In this document: in pieces, positions 18,924 through 27,484 of the stretch | Position numbering within the stretch: the stretch's first letter is position 1 | How the letters are laid out: each line of letters opens with the position of its first letter | Assembly: GCA_036505795.1 (NCBI GenBank) | Contig: DASXSU010000095.1 | Coordinates: 18,242 to 82,241, forward strand | DNA: 64,000 nucleotides | From: Nitrospirales bacterium | GTDB taxonomy: Bacteria; Nitrospirota; Nitrospiria; Nitrospirales; NS-4 | Direction of reading: 5' to 3' | Position numbers and translations under genes: made by a program | The notes under the pieces: model-generated | Told to the model about the DNA's origin: nothing | Seen by the model: the letters and a program-made list of their open reading frames with translations, nothing else | Databases searched by the model: none

Positions 18924-19226
18924 TTAGAGATGACCGCGAGCACGCGCCGCGGCTTCTATTCGCGCGGACTCCGCTTGCCGTTCGGACTCTTTTTTCTTGA
19001 TCCACGCTTCCCAGTCTCCTCCGGAAGCAGTGTCCTCACCGGTAAGGCTTATATCGACAATTTCAGAGTAAGAAATATGGCGGGGGGCGCTCTGCCCGTT
19101 GATATACATCTGAAGATAAGGAGACTCAGCGTCGGGGTTCCGGTTGAAGATGTACCCTTCAACATCCTCACCGGACTGTACATGAACCGTAACATCACCG
19201 CGGTAATGAAAGGCCTCTTCAATCAT
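18924..19226 (-). CDS. small hypothetical protein downstream of hpnH
   Basis: The track ORF (18924-19364) overlaps the hpnH 3' end. The internal ATG at 19226 (MIEEAFHYRGDVTVHVQSGEDVEGYIFN...) gives ~100 aa; a GTG at 19286 is an alternative start. No family recognised. Confidence 0.4.
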   Translation of the reverse strand: MIEEAFHYRGDVTVHVQSGEDVEGYIFNRNPDAESPYLQMYINGQSAPRHISYSEIVDISLTGEDTASGGDWEAWIKKKESERQAESARIEAAARARGHL

Positions 19227-19293
19227 CCGGGAGACTTCTTCCGGCTTGCTGCGCGATTGCGAATTATGGGCGATTGGGTTCACGGACACCTGA

Positions 19294-20310
19294 TTAACGG
19301 CTCGCGGGAGACAGGGTTGCAATGACCGTTCTGCCAAATCCCCTCCATGAACCGAAGGTATCATTCACTGCCGACGCTTCGTACCCGCAGTGCACCATAC
19401 AATCGGCGCATTTTTCGTGTCGGCCGCTCCCGTACTTGTCCCACTGCGTGTCCTCGATCAGCTCACGAAAGCTGCCGGCATAACCTTCTTGCAAGAGATA
19501 ACAAGGTTTCTGCCACCCAAAGATGTTGTAGGTGGGATTGCCCCAGGGGGTGCACTGATATTCGATCTTGCCCATGAGAAAATCCAGAAACAGCGGCGAT
19601 TGATTGAACCGCCAGCCCTTCCCCGGCCGATGGAGGATACGCGAGAACAGTTCCTTCGTCCGGTTGCGCTTAAGAAAATTCTTCTGATCCGGCGCCTTCT
19701 CATAGCTGTATCCCGGCGAAATCATCATCCCTTCCACGCCGAGTCCCATCATGGCATCAAAGAACTTTCGCACTTTCTCCGGATCCGCATCATCGAAGAC
19801 CGTGGTGTTTGTCGTCACGCGGAACCCTCGCTTCAGCGCGGCCTTGATTGCCTTGAGCGCGACATCATAGACGCCGTCCCGGCAGACCGCCAAGTCATGT
19901 TCGTTTTTGAGACCGTCCATATGCACGCTGAAGGTCAGGTATTTTGAAGGGGTATATTCATGTAGTTTGCGTTCCATCAGAATCGCATTGGTACATAAGT
20001 AGACATATTTCTTGCGCGCGACCAGCCCCTTAACGATCGTCGCCATTTCCGGATGAATGAGCGGCTCGCCGCCCGGAATGCTGACGATCGGCGCACCACA
20101 TTCCTCGGAAGCCGCCCAACACTGCTCCGGCGTCAGCCGCCGGTCGAGGACATGATCCGGATACTGTATCTTGCCGCAGCCGGCACACGCCAAGTTACAG
20201 CGAAACAGAGGTTCCAGCATCAGGACCAATGGATAGCGGCTGATCCGCTTTGCCTTCTGGGTCAGCACGTACTTCGTCACAGTAAACATCTGAGAGATTG
20301 GAACGGCCAC
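19294..20310 (-). CDS. hpnH: adenosyl-hopene transferase (hopanoid radical SAM protein HpnH)
   Basis: 338 aa. The radical-SAM CxxxCxxC is FRCNLACAGCGK. SIPGGEPLIHPE, YLCTNAILMERK and the C-terminal Cys cluster (CADCMVHCGYE) are typical of HpnH. Confidence 0.88.
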   Translation of the reverse strand: MAVPISQMFTVTKYVLTQKAKRISRYPLVLMLEPLFRCNLACAGCGKIQYPDHVLDRRLTPEQCWAASEECGAPIVSIPGGEPLIHPEMATIVKGLVARKKYVYLCTNAILMERKLHEYTPSKYLTFSVHMDGLKNEHDLAVCRDGVYDVALKAIKAALKRGFRVTTNTTVFDDADPEKVRKFFDAMMGLGVEGMMISPGYSYEKAPDQKNFLKRNRTKELFSRILHRPGKGWRFNQSPLFLDFLMGKIEYQCTPWGNPTYNIFGWQKPCYLLQEGYAGSFRELIEDTQWDKYGSGRHEKCADCMVHCGYEASAVNDTFGSWRGFGRTVIATLSPASR

Positions 20311-20471
20311 GTTACCCCCCGGTTTGTTAAACTACATCCGGGAAAGACTGTATCATCTCCAGTCGTGATGGTCAATCGTACGCTCGCCCACCAGAACTTC
20401 CATTGGTATTGATGAACGCTTGTCTAGGACACATAGTTTTCTACTTCCAATTACCTTTTCTCCGGTAACAC

Positions 20472-20508
20472 TGTAAATTATGAGCCGAGGTTTATGATAG
20501 AATTTACA
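20472..20508. promoter_or_regulatory. perfect 8-bp inverted repeat overlapping an extended -10 element in the hpnH divergent intergenic region
   Basis: TGTAAATT (20472-20479) and AATTTACA (20501-20508) are separated by 21 nt. TGaTAGAAT (20495-20503) resembles an extended -10 for the + strand gene at 20540. Confidence 0.3.
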
Positions 20509-20539
20509 CAAGCGTCCGTCCATCCATGTAGAGGAAACA

Positions 20540-20962
20540 TTGCGTTCCGTCACGTACCGGCTTAAGCGGCTATTGGGAATCTCACTGATGTGGCTCGCGG
20601 CAGGTGGCTTGCTCGCAATAACTGCGGCGGGTGCGGAGAAGATCGACCTCTCAGGAGAGTGGGAGATTCAAGAGGAAGAACGCTCGTATGTCGCGACCCT
20701 TGATCCTGAGGGTAACGGCACATACACCTGGCAGAATGGACGGCTCACGACAAACGCCTTCAGCGACGGCCGATGGGAAGGCACTTGGCAGCAAGCCGGC
20801 AACGACCGGGAAGGCGGGTTTGACGTGTCCCTGTCTCCCGACCACAGTCACGCAGAAGGCAAATGGTGGTACACCCGCGTCGGACAACAAATCGTCCCTC
20901 CGGGAGAATGGGGCGGCAACTTCACATGGAAACGCCTTTCCCCAGTTCCCGCCTCTCGGTAG
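20540..20962 (+). CDS. small secreted Trp/Gly-rich hypothetical protein
   Basis: 140 aa with a TTG start after GAGG and a signal peptide (LLGISLMWLAAGGLLAITAAGA). The mature part is rich in W/G/E (GEWEIQEE, GRWEGTWQQ, GKWWYTRV, GEWGGNFTWK). Confidence 0.5.
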   Translation: MRSVTYRLKRLLGISLMWLAAGGLLAITAAGAEKIDLSGEWEIQEEERSYVATLDPEGNGTYTWQNGRLTTNAFSDGRWEGTWQQAGNDREGGFDVSLSPDHSHAEGKWWYTRVGQQIVPPGEWGGNFTWKRLSPVPASR

Positions 20963-21163
20963 GCCCTTCCGCGCTTGCCTTAGTTATCGCTTAGGATACT
21001 CCACCGGTATATCCTGATACGCTTTTCCCGGCAATCGTCTGCGCTGCCGGCGCTCTGTAAATGCTTTCGCTCGATAAGTCCTTCATTTCTCTTCAAGAAA
21101 TCCTCCCTCCTCTCCTGCTGCCAAGTTGGGCACAGTGGTTGCTCACACTTATGCAGGACAGAC

Positions 21164-22504
21164 ATGAACGGAGATACCACGTTTCCCATGTTCCACCGAA
21201 TACCATTTCTTCCGCGGCAATTACTGATGGCCATAATCGCGGGGCTCGGCGCCTGGGCGAGCACGCGACTCATTGAGGAACGACATACCCGGTATGTCGC
21301 GGAGCGCCATCACGCTGCGCAACTGGCAGTGACGCGGGTGTTAGCGGAATCAGCCACTCTCGGAGAAGCAGCACCTCGCCTATTTGAAGCGATCTGCGAA
21401 GGCGAAGGCTGGGATTGGGGGGGAATGTGGGAAGTGGATGAGGACGCTCACCTGCTGCGTTGCCAACACGTGTGGCATTCCTCATTCCTGCCGCTCCCGG
21501 AGTTCGAACGGATGACACGCCAGACTAGTTTTCCCCGCGGCGTCGGGCTTCCAGGCCGAGTCTGGGCCACCGGCCAGCCTGCCTGGATTCCCGACGTCGT
21601 CAAGGATGAAAATTTTCCACGTGCCGCGGTCGCGCAAAAAGAGGGATTGCACGCGGCCTTTGGTTTTCCAATTCTGCTACGCAGGGAAGTCCTAGGCGTC
21701 ATGGAGTTCTTTAGCCGAGGCATCCGGCCGTCGGATGGATATCTGCTTTCGATGATGGCGGAGATCGGCGGAAAGATCGGTCACTTCATTGACCGACGCC
21801 GCGCGGAGCAGGCGTTGCGTAAAGCTGAAAACGACTTAGTAGAGTCAAAGCTTTCGGCCATGTTTCAAGTCGCCGCCGGCGTCGCCCACGAGTTGCGCAA
21901 CCCTCTCGGGGTTATTAGAAACTCCGCGTATTACCTAAAAACCAAGATGCAGGACGATCCGAAGATCGCCCGGCATTTTGAGATCATTGAGGAGGAAATC
22001 GCCGCATCGGATCGGGTGATCGACCAACTTGTCCACTTCGGCCGGCCGATACAACTCAACCCACACCCTTACGATGTTCATAGTATCATCAAGGATGCGC
22101 TCGCGGTCCTGAAAGTTCCTTCTGAGGTAAAGGTCGTGCTTCAGCTCGGCGCTCCAGCCGCATCGGTCCTGCTCGACAAAGATCACTTCCGCCGGGTCTT
22201 CATCAATCTCTTCCGGAATGCCCTGCAGGCCATGGACGGTAATGGAGAGTTGCGCATCGACACGGAAATCCGCGCACACGAGGTTCATATCAACATCACC
22301 GACACGGGAAAAGGTATCTCACCCCATCACCTTACGCGGATATTCGAGCCGTTTTTTACCACCAAGGCGAAAGGCATCGGCTTAGGGCTGGCGATTTCAA
22401 AACAAATCATTGAGCTGCACCGAGGCCGCATCGACGTATGGTCGAAACCGGGCTGCGGCACGGCGTTCAGACTTTCCCTACCGCTTGGCGAGGAGCGACC
22501 ATGA
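21164..22504 (+). CDS. GAF-domain sensor histidine kinase
   Basis: 446 aa with an N-terminal TM helix and a GAF domain (GVGLPGRVWATGQPAWIPDV...FPILLRREVLGVMEFFS). The H-box is VAHELRNPLGVI and the ATPase motifs are ITDTGKGISP and GIGLGLAISKQIIELHRG. Confidence 0.88.
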   Translation: MNGDTTFPMFHRIPFLPRQLLMAIIAGLGAWASTRLIEERHTRYVAERHHAAQLAVTRVLAESATLGEAAPRLFEAICEGEGWDWGGMWEVDEDAHLLRCQHVWHSSFLPLPEFERMTRQTSFPRGVGLPGRVWATGQPAWIPDVVKDENFPRAAVAQKEGLHAAFGFPILLRREVLGVMEFFSRGIRPSDGYLLSMMAEIGGKIGHFIDRRRAEQALRKAENDLVESKLSAMFQVAAGVAHELRNPLGVIRNSAYYLKTKMQDDPKIARHFEIIEEEIAASDRVIDQLVHFGRPIQLNPHPYDVHSIIKDALAVLKVPSEVKVVLQLGAPAASVLLDKDHFRRVFINLFRNALQAMDGNGELRIDTEIRAHEVHINITDTGKGISPHHLTRIFEPFFTTKAKGIGLGLAISKQIIELHRGRIDVWSKPGCGTAFRLSLPLGEERP

Positions 22505-22893
22505 TGACCACGGCCCAAAGCATAATCAAAAACCGAGTGCTGATCGTCGACGACCAGCCGGGTATGGTCGAGACACTGGCCGACATTCTCAAGGACCGCG
22601 GGTGTTCGGTGACGCTGGCCTCGGACGGCTATCAAGCCGTGAAGCAGGTAGGCGAGCAGTCCGTCGATCTTGTCTTAATGGATATTGTGATGCCCGGGAT
22701 GAACGGCCTCGACACCTATCGGGCCATTAAACACCTACGCCCTCAGACGCCGGTGGTGATGATGACGGGTTATAAAGTGGATCATCTTGTCAAGCAGGCG
22801 ATCCATGAGGGAACCTTGGCGGTTTTGCAAAAGCCGGTCGATCCCGCGACGATCGTTGCAATCGTGCTGGCGGTGCTCCGACTGACGACCTAA
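22501..22893 (+). CDS. single-domain response regulator (CheY-like receiver)
   Basis: The ATG at 22501 overlaps the kinase stop (ATGA). VLIVDDQPGMVETL...DLVLMDIVMPGMNGL...VVMMTGY is a receiver domain. The longer track ORF from 22438 overlaps the kinase and is less likely. Confidence 0.85.
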   Translation: MMTTAQSIIKNRVLIVDDQPGMVETLADILKDRGCSVTLASDGYQAVKQVGEQSVDLVLMDIVMPGMNGLDTYRAIKHLRPQTPVVMMTGYKVDHLVKQAIHEGTLAVLQKPVDPATIVAIVLAVLRLTT

Positions 22894-22897
22894 CGCG

Positions 22898-24778
22898 ATG
22901 GACATCATCTTGTCGCCCACGCCGGTCCTGCTCGTTGACGATGACCCGCATGCCCGTGAAACGTTGCGGGACGTCCTTGAGAGCGATGGCTACAGCGTCC
23001 AGGCGGTGGGGCTGGGAGGCCAGGCTATCGAAGAGGTGCGCCGGCGACATTATGCCGCGGCGCTCCTCGATGTCCGGCTTCCTGATCTCGATGGTCTCAT
23101 CGTCCTTGAAATCCTTCTGCAGTTGGATTCCAAGCTTCCTGTAATCTTGCTCTCCGGATACGCGACTGTAGAGAACACCGTCCAAGCCCTGAACCGCGGC
23201 GCATTCGCGTATGTCCTTAAACCCTACAATCTCGATGAGGTAAAAGCGACGCTCCGGCGAGCTATTGAGATGAAGACGCTGGCAATGAAGGCCGAGCGGG
23301 CTGAGCTTCAGTTGCGGGAGAGCGAAGAACGCTTCCGATCAGTCGTGCAATCGGCGACGGACGCCATTATTCTCGCCGACGGCAGTGGGAGCATTTTATC
23401 CTGGAACAACGGAGCCCAGCGGCTCTTCTTCTATACCGAACAGGAGATTCTCGGCGAGCCGCTCACGCGTCTGATACCGGATCGCTACCACGCGGTCCAC
23501 GAACAAGGCATCGCGCGTGAAAAGTGCGGCGGCCAGCGGTGCATGGTGGGCAAGACTATCGAGATGCATGGACTTAGAAAAGACGGGACGGAATTCCCCT
23601 TGGAGCTGTCGATTGCGACCTGGCAGAGCAAAGACGGTTCGTTCTATAGCGGGATCATTCGCGATATTACCGAGCGCAAGCAAGCTGAGGAGGCCTTGCG
23701 GAAGGCGTATCATGAAACCGAAAAGATACTGTCAAGCCTGCCATCATCGATCTTTGTCGTCAACAAGAACCGGCAGATCATCTACGCCAATTCCCTCGCC
23801 TCTCATCATTTCGGCTCGGCGGGCGCGCAGATGACCGGCCGGTCCATCTTCGAAGTCCTTCCGATCCCATGCAACGAATGGGACCGGCTGGCCGCCAACC
23901 TTCCATGCTCCGCAACTCACAATGGGTATCTCCGGCATGACGGCGAGTTCGAAAGCCGGAAAAGCATCTATCAGTACTGCTTGTTCCCGGTGGCTCTGTA
24001 TGGCACAGACGAGGCCCAGACCGGGGTGGTCATTTCGGACATCACGGAGCAGAAGCAGCTCCAGGATCAGCTAATCCAAGCCGAGAAGCTGTCCAGTCTT
24101 GGTATTCTGGTCTCAGGAATGGCCCATGAAATCAACAACCCGATGCATGGCATCCTCGCCATGGCGGAGATTATTCTTGAAGAGACCGACCCGGAGAAAA
24201 TCAAGGAATACGCGCAAGATATTGTGGCGTATTCGAAGCATGCCGCGACCGTCGTGCGAGACTTCGCCTGCTACGCCCGTCCCGCTTCCCAAGACCGTGA
24301 GGTGGAGATTGACCTCAATGAGCGCCTCCTGGAGGCGGTCAAAATGGTGAGGCGCAATCCACAATTCGGTGATATTGAAGTCTTCAAGGATTTTGCAGCG
24401 CTTCCACAGCTCTGGGTACGGCGATCGGAGATCGACCAGATCTTCGTGAATCTCATCAGCAATGCCGCCCACGCGATGGCAGGTCATGGCCGCCTCACGC
24501 TGCGCACACGGGCCACTCCTGATCGCATTTCCGCGAGCGTCACCGATACCGGCAGCGGGATTCCGAAAGCGAATCTGATGCGAATTTTTGATCCCTTCTT
24601 CACGACAAAGGATCCGGGCAAGGGCACCGGCCTCGGATTGAGCATCGTGTATAAAATCGTGTCCAAATATGAAGGCACGATCACTGTGGACAGCGAAGAA
24701 GGCACAGGGACGACCTTCTCAGTCCATTTTCCCGTCATGAACGTATACCGGAAGGAGGCGCCTCATGGAGTCGCATAA
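22898..24778 (+). CDS. hybrid receiver-PAS-PAS-histidine kinase
   Basis: 626 aa. The receiver is LLVDDDPHARE...LLDVRLPDLDG...ILLSGY. Two PAS-like segments follow, then the H-box GMAHEINNPM and ATPase motifs (VTDTGSGIP, GTGLGLSIVYKIV). Confidence 0.88.
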   Translation: MDIILSPTPVLLVDDDPHARETLRDVLESDGYSVQAVGLGGQAIEEVRRRHYAAALLDVRLPDLDGLIVLEILLQLDSKLPVILLSGYATVENTVQALNRGAFAYVLKPYNLDEVKATLRRAIEMKTLAMKAERAELQLRESEERFRSVVQSATDAIILADGSGSILSWNNGAQRLFFYTEQEILGEPLTRLIPDRYHAVHEQGIAREKCGGQRCMVGKTIEMHGLRKDGTEFPLELSIATWQSKDGSFYSGIIRDITERKQAEEALRKAYHETEKILSSLPSSIFVVNKNRQIIYANSLASHHFGSAGAQMTGRSIFEVLPIPCNEWDRLAANLPCSATHNGYLRHDGEFESRKSIYQYCLFPVALYGTDEAQTGVVISDITEQKQLQDQLIQAEKLSSLGILVSGMAHEINNPMHGILAMAEIILEETDPEKIKEYAQDIVAYSKHAATVVRDFACYARPASQDREVEIDLNERLLEAVKMVRRNPQFGDIEVFKDFAALPQLWVRRSEIDQIFVNLISNAAHAMAGHGRLTLRTRATPDRISASVTDTGSGIPKANLMRIFDPFFTTKDPGKGTGLGLSIVYKIVSKYEGTITVDSEEGTGTTFSVHFPVMNVYRKEAPHGVA

Positions 24779-25247
24779 TCAGAAACACGAGGCCGTTCAA
24801 CGCCCTCTGTACTCCGTTTCTGGAGAGGCTGGGCAAGTGGGCGCAATAGGCCGAGAGCGTCGCGGGCGAATCCTGATTGTCGAGGATGATGAGCAGGTGC
24901 GAAAGCCAATGCGCTTGAACTTAACCAAAGCCGGCTATGACGTGGTGGAAGTCGGGACCGGCGCCGACGCCATCGAATTCCTAACCAGAGGGGAAAATGC
25001 CCTCATGGTGGATACGCTACTGTGCGACATCCGCATGCCGGGCGTGACGGGCATTGAAACCATCCAGCATGTCCGTGCGCACCATCCATCGATTCCCATT
25101 GTCGTCCTGACCGGATATCCGGACGTGGAACTCGCCGCGTCTCTCATGAAGCAGGGCGTCTTGGATTACTTGGTCAAGCCGATTACGCGGGAGGAACTGT
25201 TGACGGTGATTGAGCGGTCTGTGGATCAGTGCAAGGCTACCCGCTGA
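24765..25247 (+). CDS. single-domain response regulator
   Basis: 160 aa. The receiver is ILIVEDDEQVR...LLCDIRMPGVTG...VVLTGY...KPI. Its start overlaps the previous gene by 14 nt. Confidence 0.85.
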   Translation: MESHNQKHEAVQRPLYSVSGEAGQVGAIGRERRGRILIVEDDEQVRKPMRLNLTKAGYDVVEVGTGADAIEFLTRGENALMVDTLLCDIRMPGVTGIETIQHVRAHHPSIPIVVLTGYPDVELAASLMKQGVLDYLVKPITREELLTVIERSVDQCKATR

Positions 25248-25252
25248 ACCGG

Positions 25253-26488
25253 CTACATCCAGGAGGCGGTCAGTAAGAGCGCGACGACATCGCGATCAAA
25301 GCTTGACGTAAAGGCCAGGGAGTTAGATGAAAAATGAGAATGAGAATATGTGAATGAGGCGCTCAGCGTTCGGCTGATCGAATAATTAAGAATCAGGTTC
25401 GTACCATACGAGTCAAAAGTCGCGGCCGACCCGGCGGTGACCGCTGCGGAGGAACTGCGGGCATAATTCACGCTTGTAGTGGCTGAGAGGCGGCTAGTTA
25501 ATGTATGGCCTACCGACAACGTGGCTAGATTGCTTTCCAAGGCGCCGGCTGAAATCTCAAAACTTGGTGTGACGGATCTGGTGAAGGTGAACGTTGTGAC
25601 CGTGCTCCTTTCGGTCCACGACAGTGACAGCGTGACCAAAGGGGCCAGCCTGTCGGACGGTGTGATTTTTGTTAGGCCTCCCGATACGGTCCCCGTAAGA
25701 TTCTTGGAAAAACCATGCGTCAGGCCAATCGTGCCTCCCTCGGTATGATAGCCCGGGATGGATCCGCGATAGTCGGCCTTTGAGTACTGGTATTGAAGGT
25801 TGAGCGAGTCGGCAGGGGTCAGTCTTATTGACGGGCCCGCATTGACAGCCTGTAGAGTAGTCCCGAACAGCGGCGTGAACAGGGATGCTCCGACCGTATT
25901 GCCAAAGTTTAAATAAGAATAACTATAACTGCCCGCAAGATCGACGCGCGATGTCAGGGAATACCCGCCCGATGCGAGTGTACTATAAGAATACGACCGG
26001 ACTCGTTGAGGTTGAATACCGGTGGCAAATGGGTTGAAGCCCGCCGTGGCGGTGATAAAGGCCGGCAGTTCCGGTGTGTAGTACCCGCTTGCTGTCACGT
26101 TCATCCGCGCTCGCTTATCAAGCCGCCCAACGAGTTGACTAAGATCAGTCGTAAGTACCCCTGCAGCCGAAGCATAATTGAAGTTTGAGTGCTTGGCATA
26201 GGAGGCTAACGACAGACTAGCGGTGAGAGTACCTTCCAGCGGCCGCCCTTTATAGCTTGCGCTGAGGGCAGGCGAGAAAAACGTGATCAGATCGTCGTTA
26301 TTGGTGCTACTAAACAATACGTTGCTGTCATATTGCTCGGACAGCGTCAGCGACGGAATGATTCTCAACTCGGCCCAGACGGGTAAAGGCAGCGCTAAAC
26401 AAACCGCGATGGCGCTTCCTAGGATGCCCGCCACTAGCCGTCGAATCACAGGGAATTGAGGGGAAGGGGTCCGATTCGAATCAGGCAA
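25253..26488 (-). CDS. putative outer-membrane beta-barrel protein (Ser/Thr/Tyr-rich)
   Basis: 411 aa with a signal peptide (AIAVCLALPLPVWA). Alternating hydrophobic/polar strands run throughout (LTASLSLASYA, LAGSYSYSYLNF, TVTTFTFTRSV, LSASFTYSHSHF). Family not identified. Confidence 0.45.
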   Translation of the reverse strand: MPDSNRTPSPQFPVIRRLVAGILGSAIAVCLALPLPVWAELRIIPSLTLSEQYDSNVLFSSTNNDDLITFFSPALSASYKGRPLEGTLTASLSLASYAKHSNFNYASAAGVLTTDLSQLVGRLDKRARMNVTASGYYTPELPAFITATAGFNPFATGIQPQRVRSYSYSTLASGGYSLTSRVDLAGSYSYSYLNFGNTVGASLFTPLFGTTLQAVNAGPSIRLTPADSLNLQYQYSKADYRGSIPGYHTEGGTIGLTHGFSKNLTGTVSGGLTKITPSDRLAPLVTLSLSWTERSTVTTFTFTRSVTPSFEISAGALESNLATLSVGHTLTSRLSATTSVNYARSSSAAVTAGSAATFDSYGTNLILNYSISRTLSASFTYSHSHFSSNSLAFTSSFDRDVVALLLTASWM

Positions 26489-26875
26489 CTAGGTTCCTCG
26501 TTCAAGGCGCTTTAAATGGTGATGTGATGCCGCGAGACCTTAATAAGCTAAGCCCAGGGGTGTCAAGTACAAAGTAGACCTCAGCCGGTCCCCTTGTCCC
26601 TCGTTTGGTGGTTTCCGTGATGAAGATGGGCAACACGGTACATAGAGCCTGACCTTCTTGTGGAAGTCACGCTGCCAAAGCTTTTCTGGATGTAACCGCC
26701 TTCACTTTGAAGTGTTTCTGCCACAGAGATCTCGTGTTGACAGTGGCCAAACGCCCGACAGGTCTTAATTTTCAATGCCTTGTTATCCCATCTGCGAGGC
26801 ACACTGTGGCATCTCCATTGCAAAGTTATACGTCGCGAACTACTGGGCATCAACTTAACTTAGCAAGGAGACGCC

Positions 26876-27484
26876 GTGCCCACCACGGAAACTTTCTCGG
26901 AAGCGCGTAGCGTCGTTGCAACCCGTGTCGGTTCCGGTTTTCTCATGCTGTCTTCCTCGATTCAACTGCTTCATTGGGACCACCAGGCACAAGAACTTTG
27001 CCGGAGGATAAGCGGGATCAGCGGGGGCTCCCGTGCCCACATCCTGCCATTATGTGTTCAGGATTTCGCGCGCGAAATTGTGACGCTGATGGAAATCCGC
27101 AGCAACCCGAAGGATTGGGAACAGTTTCAACTTCGCCAGGTGATCAAGAGCGAACAGGACTCTATCTTTCTCTCGGGTATTGGACTGCCGGAACTTGGAG
27201 GGCTTGACGATTCGCGGGTGCTCATCATTCTCGAACAGATTGCGCCGCGCCAAAACTTCACCCTCGAGAAGGTCAAGGAACGATTTCATTTCACCGATCG
27301 CGAGACTGAAGTCATTGAACATCTTCTAAAAGGCTGGACGAATAAGGAAATCGCCAACGCGATCGACATCAGCCAGCTGACGGTCAAGGAGCATATCAAG
27401 CACATCATGGATAAGACCCGGACCTCTACCCGCACGGGTATCCTTGTGCAGATCCTGCAAGGATGCGCTCCGCCTTCTCAATAG
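26876..27484 (+). CDS. LuxR/GerE-family transcriptional regulator with an unknown N-terminal domain
   Basis: 202 aa. The C-terminal HTH is TDRETEVIEHLLKGWTNKEIANAIDISQLTVKEHIKHIMDKT. Confidence 0.8.
   Translation: MPTTETFSEARSVVATRVGSGFLMLSSSIQLLHWDHQAQELCRRISGISGGSRAHILPLCVQDFAREIVTLMEIRSNPKDWEQFQLRQVIKSEQDSIFLSGIGLPELGGLDDSRVLIILEQIAPRQNFTLEKVKERFHFTDRETEVIEHLLKGWTNKEIANAIDISQLTVKEHIKHIMDKTRTSTRTGILVQILQGCAPPSQ

Noticed and set aside
22438-22500. N-terminally extended track ORFs. This one, plus the starts at 49869, 54274, 37294, 41770, 42555, 62952, 58880, 35114, 19364 and 61000.
   Set aside because: Each extension overlaps the upstream gene or adds non-homologous residues. An internal ATG reproduces the canonical family N-terminus and often a start/stop overlap, so the shorter models were used.
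26489-26875. 387-bp intergenic region with a 90-aa - strand ORF (26581-26853); considered as a small gene or ncRNA
   Set aside because: The ORF translation (Cys/His/Arg-rich, no RBS) is unconvincing. I could not identify any known RNA motif such as SRP, 6S or tmRNA. It most likely holds the divergent promoters for the outer-membrane barrel gene and the luxR-type gene.
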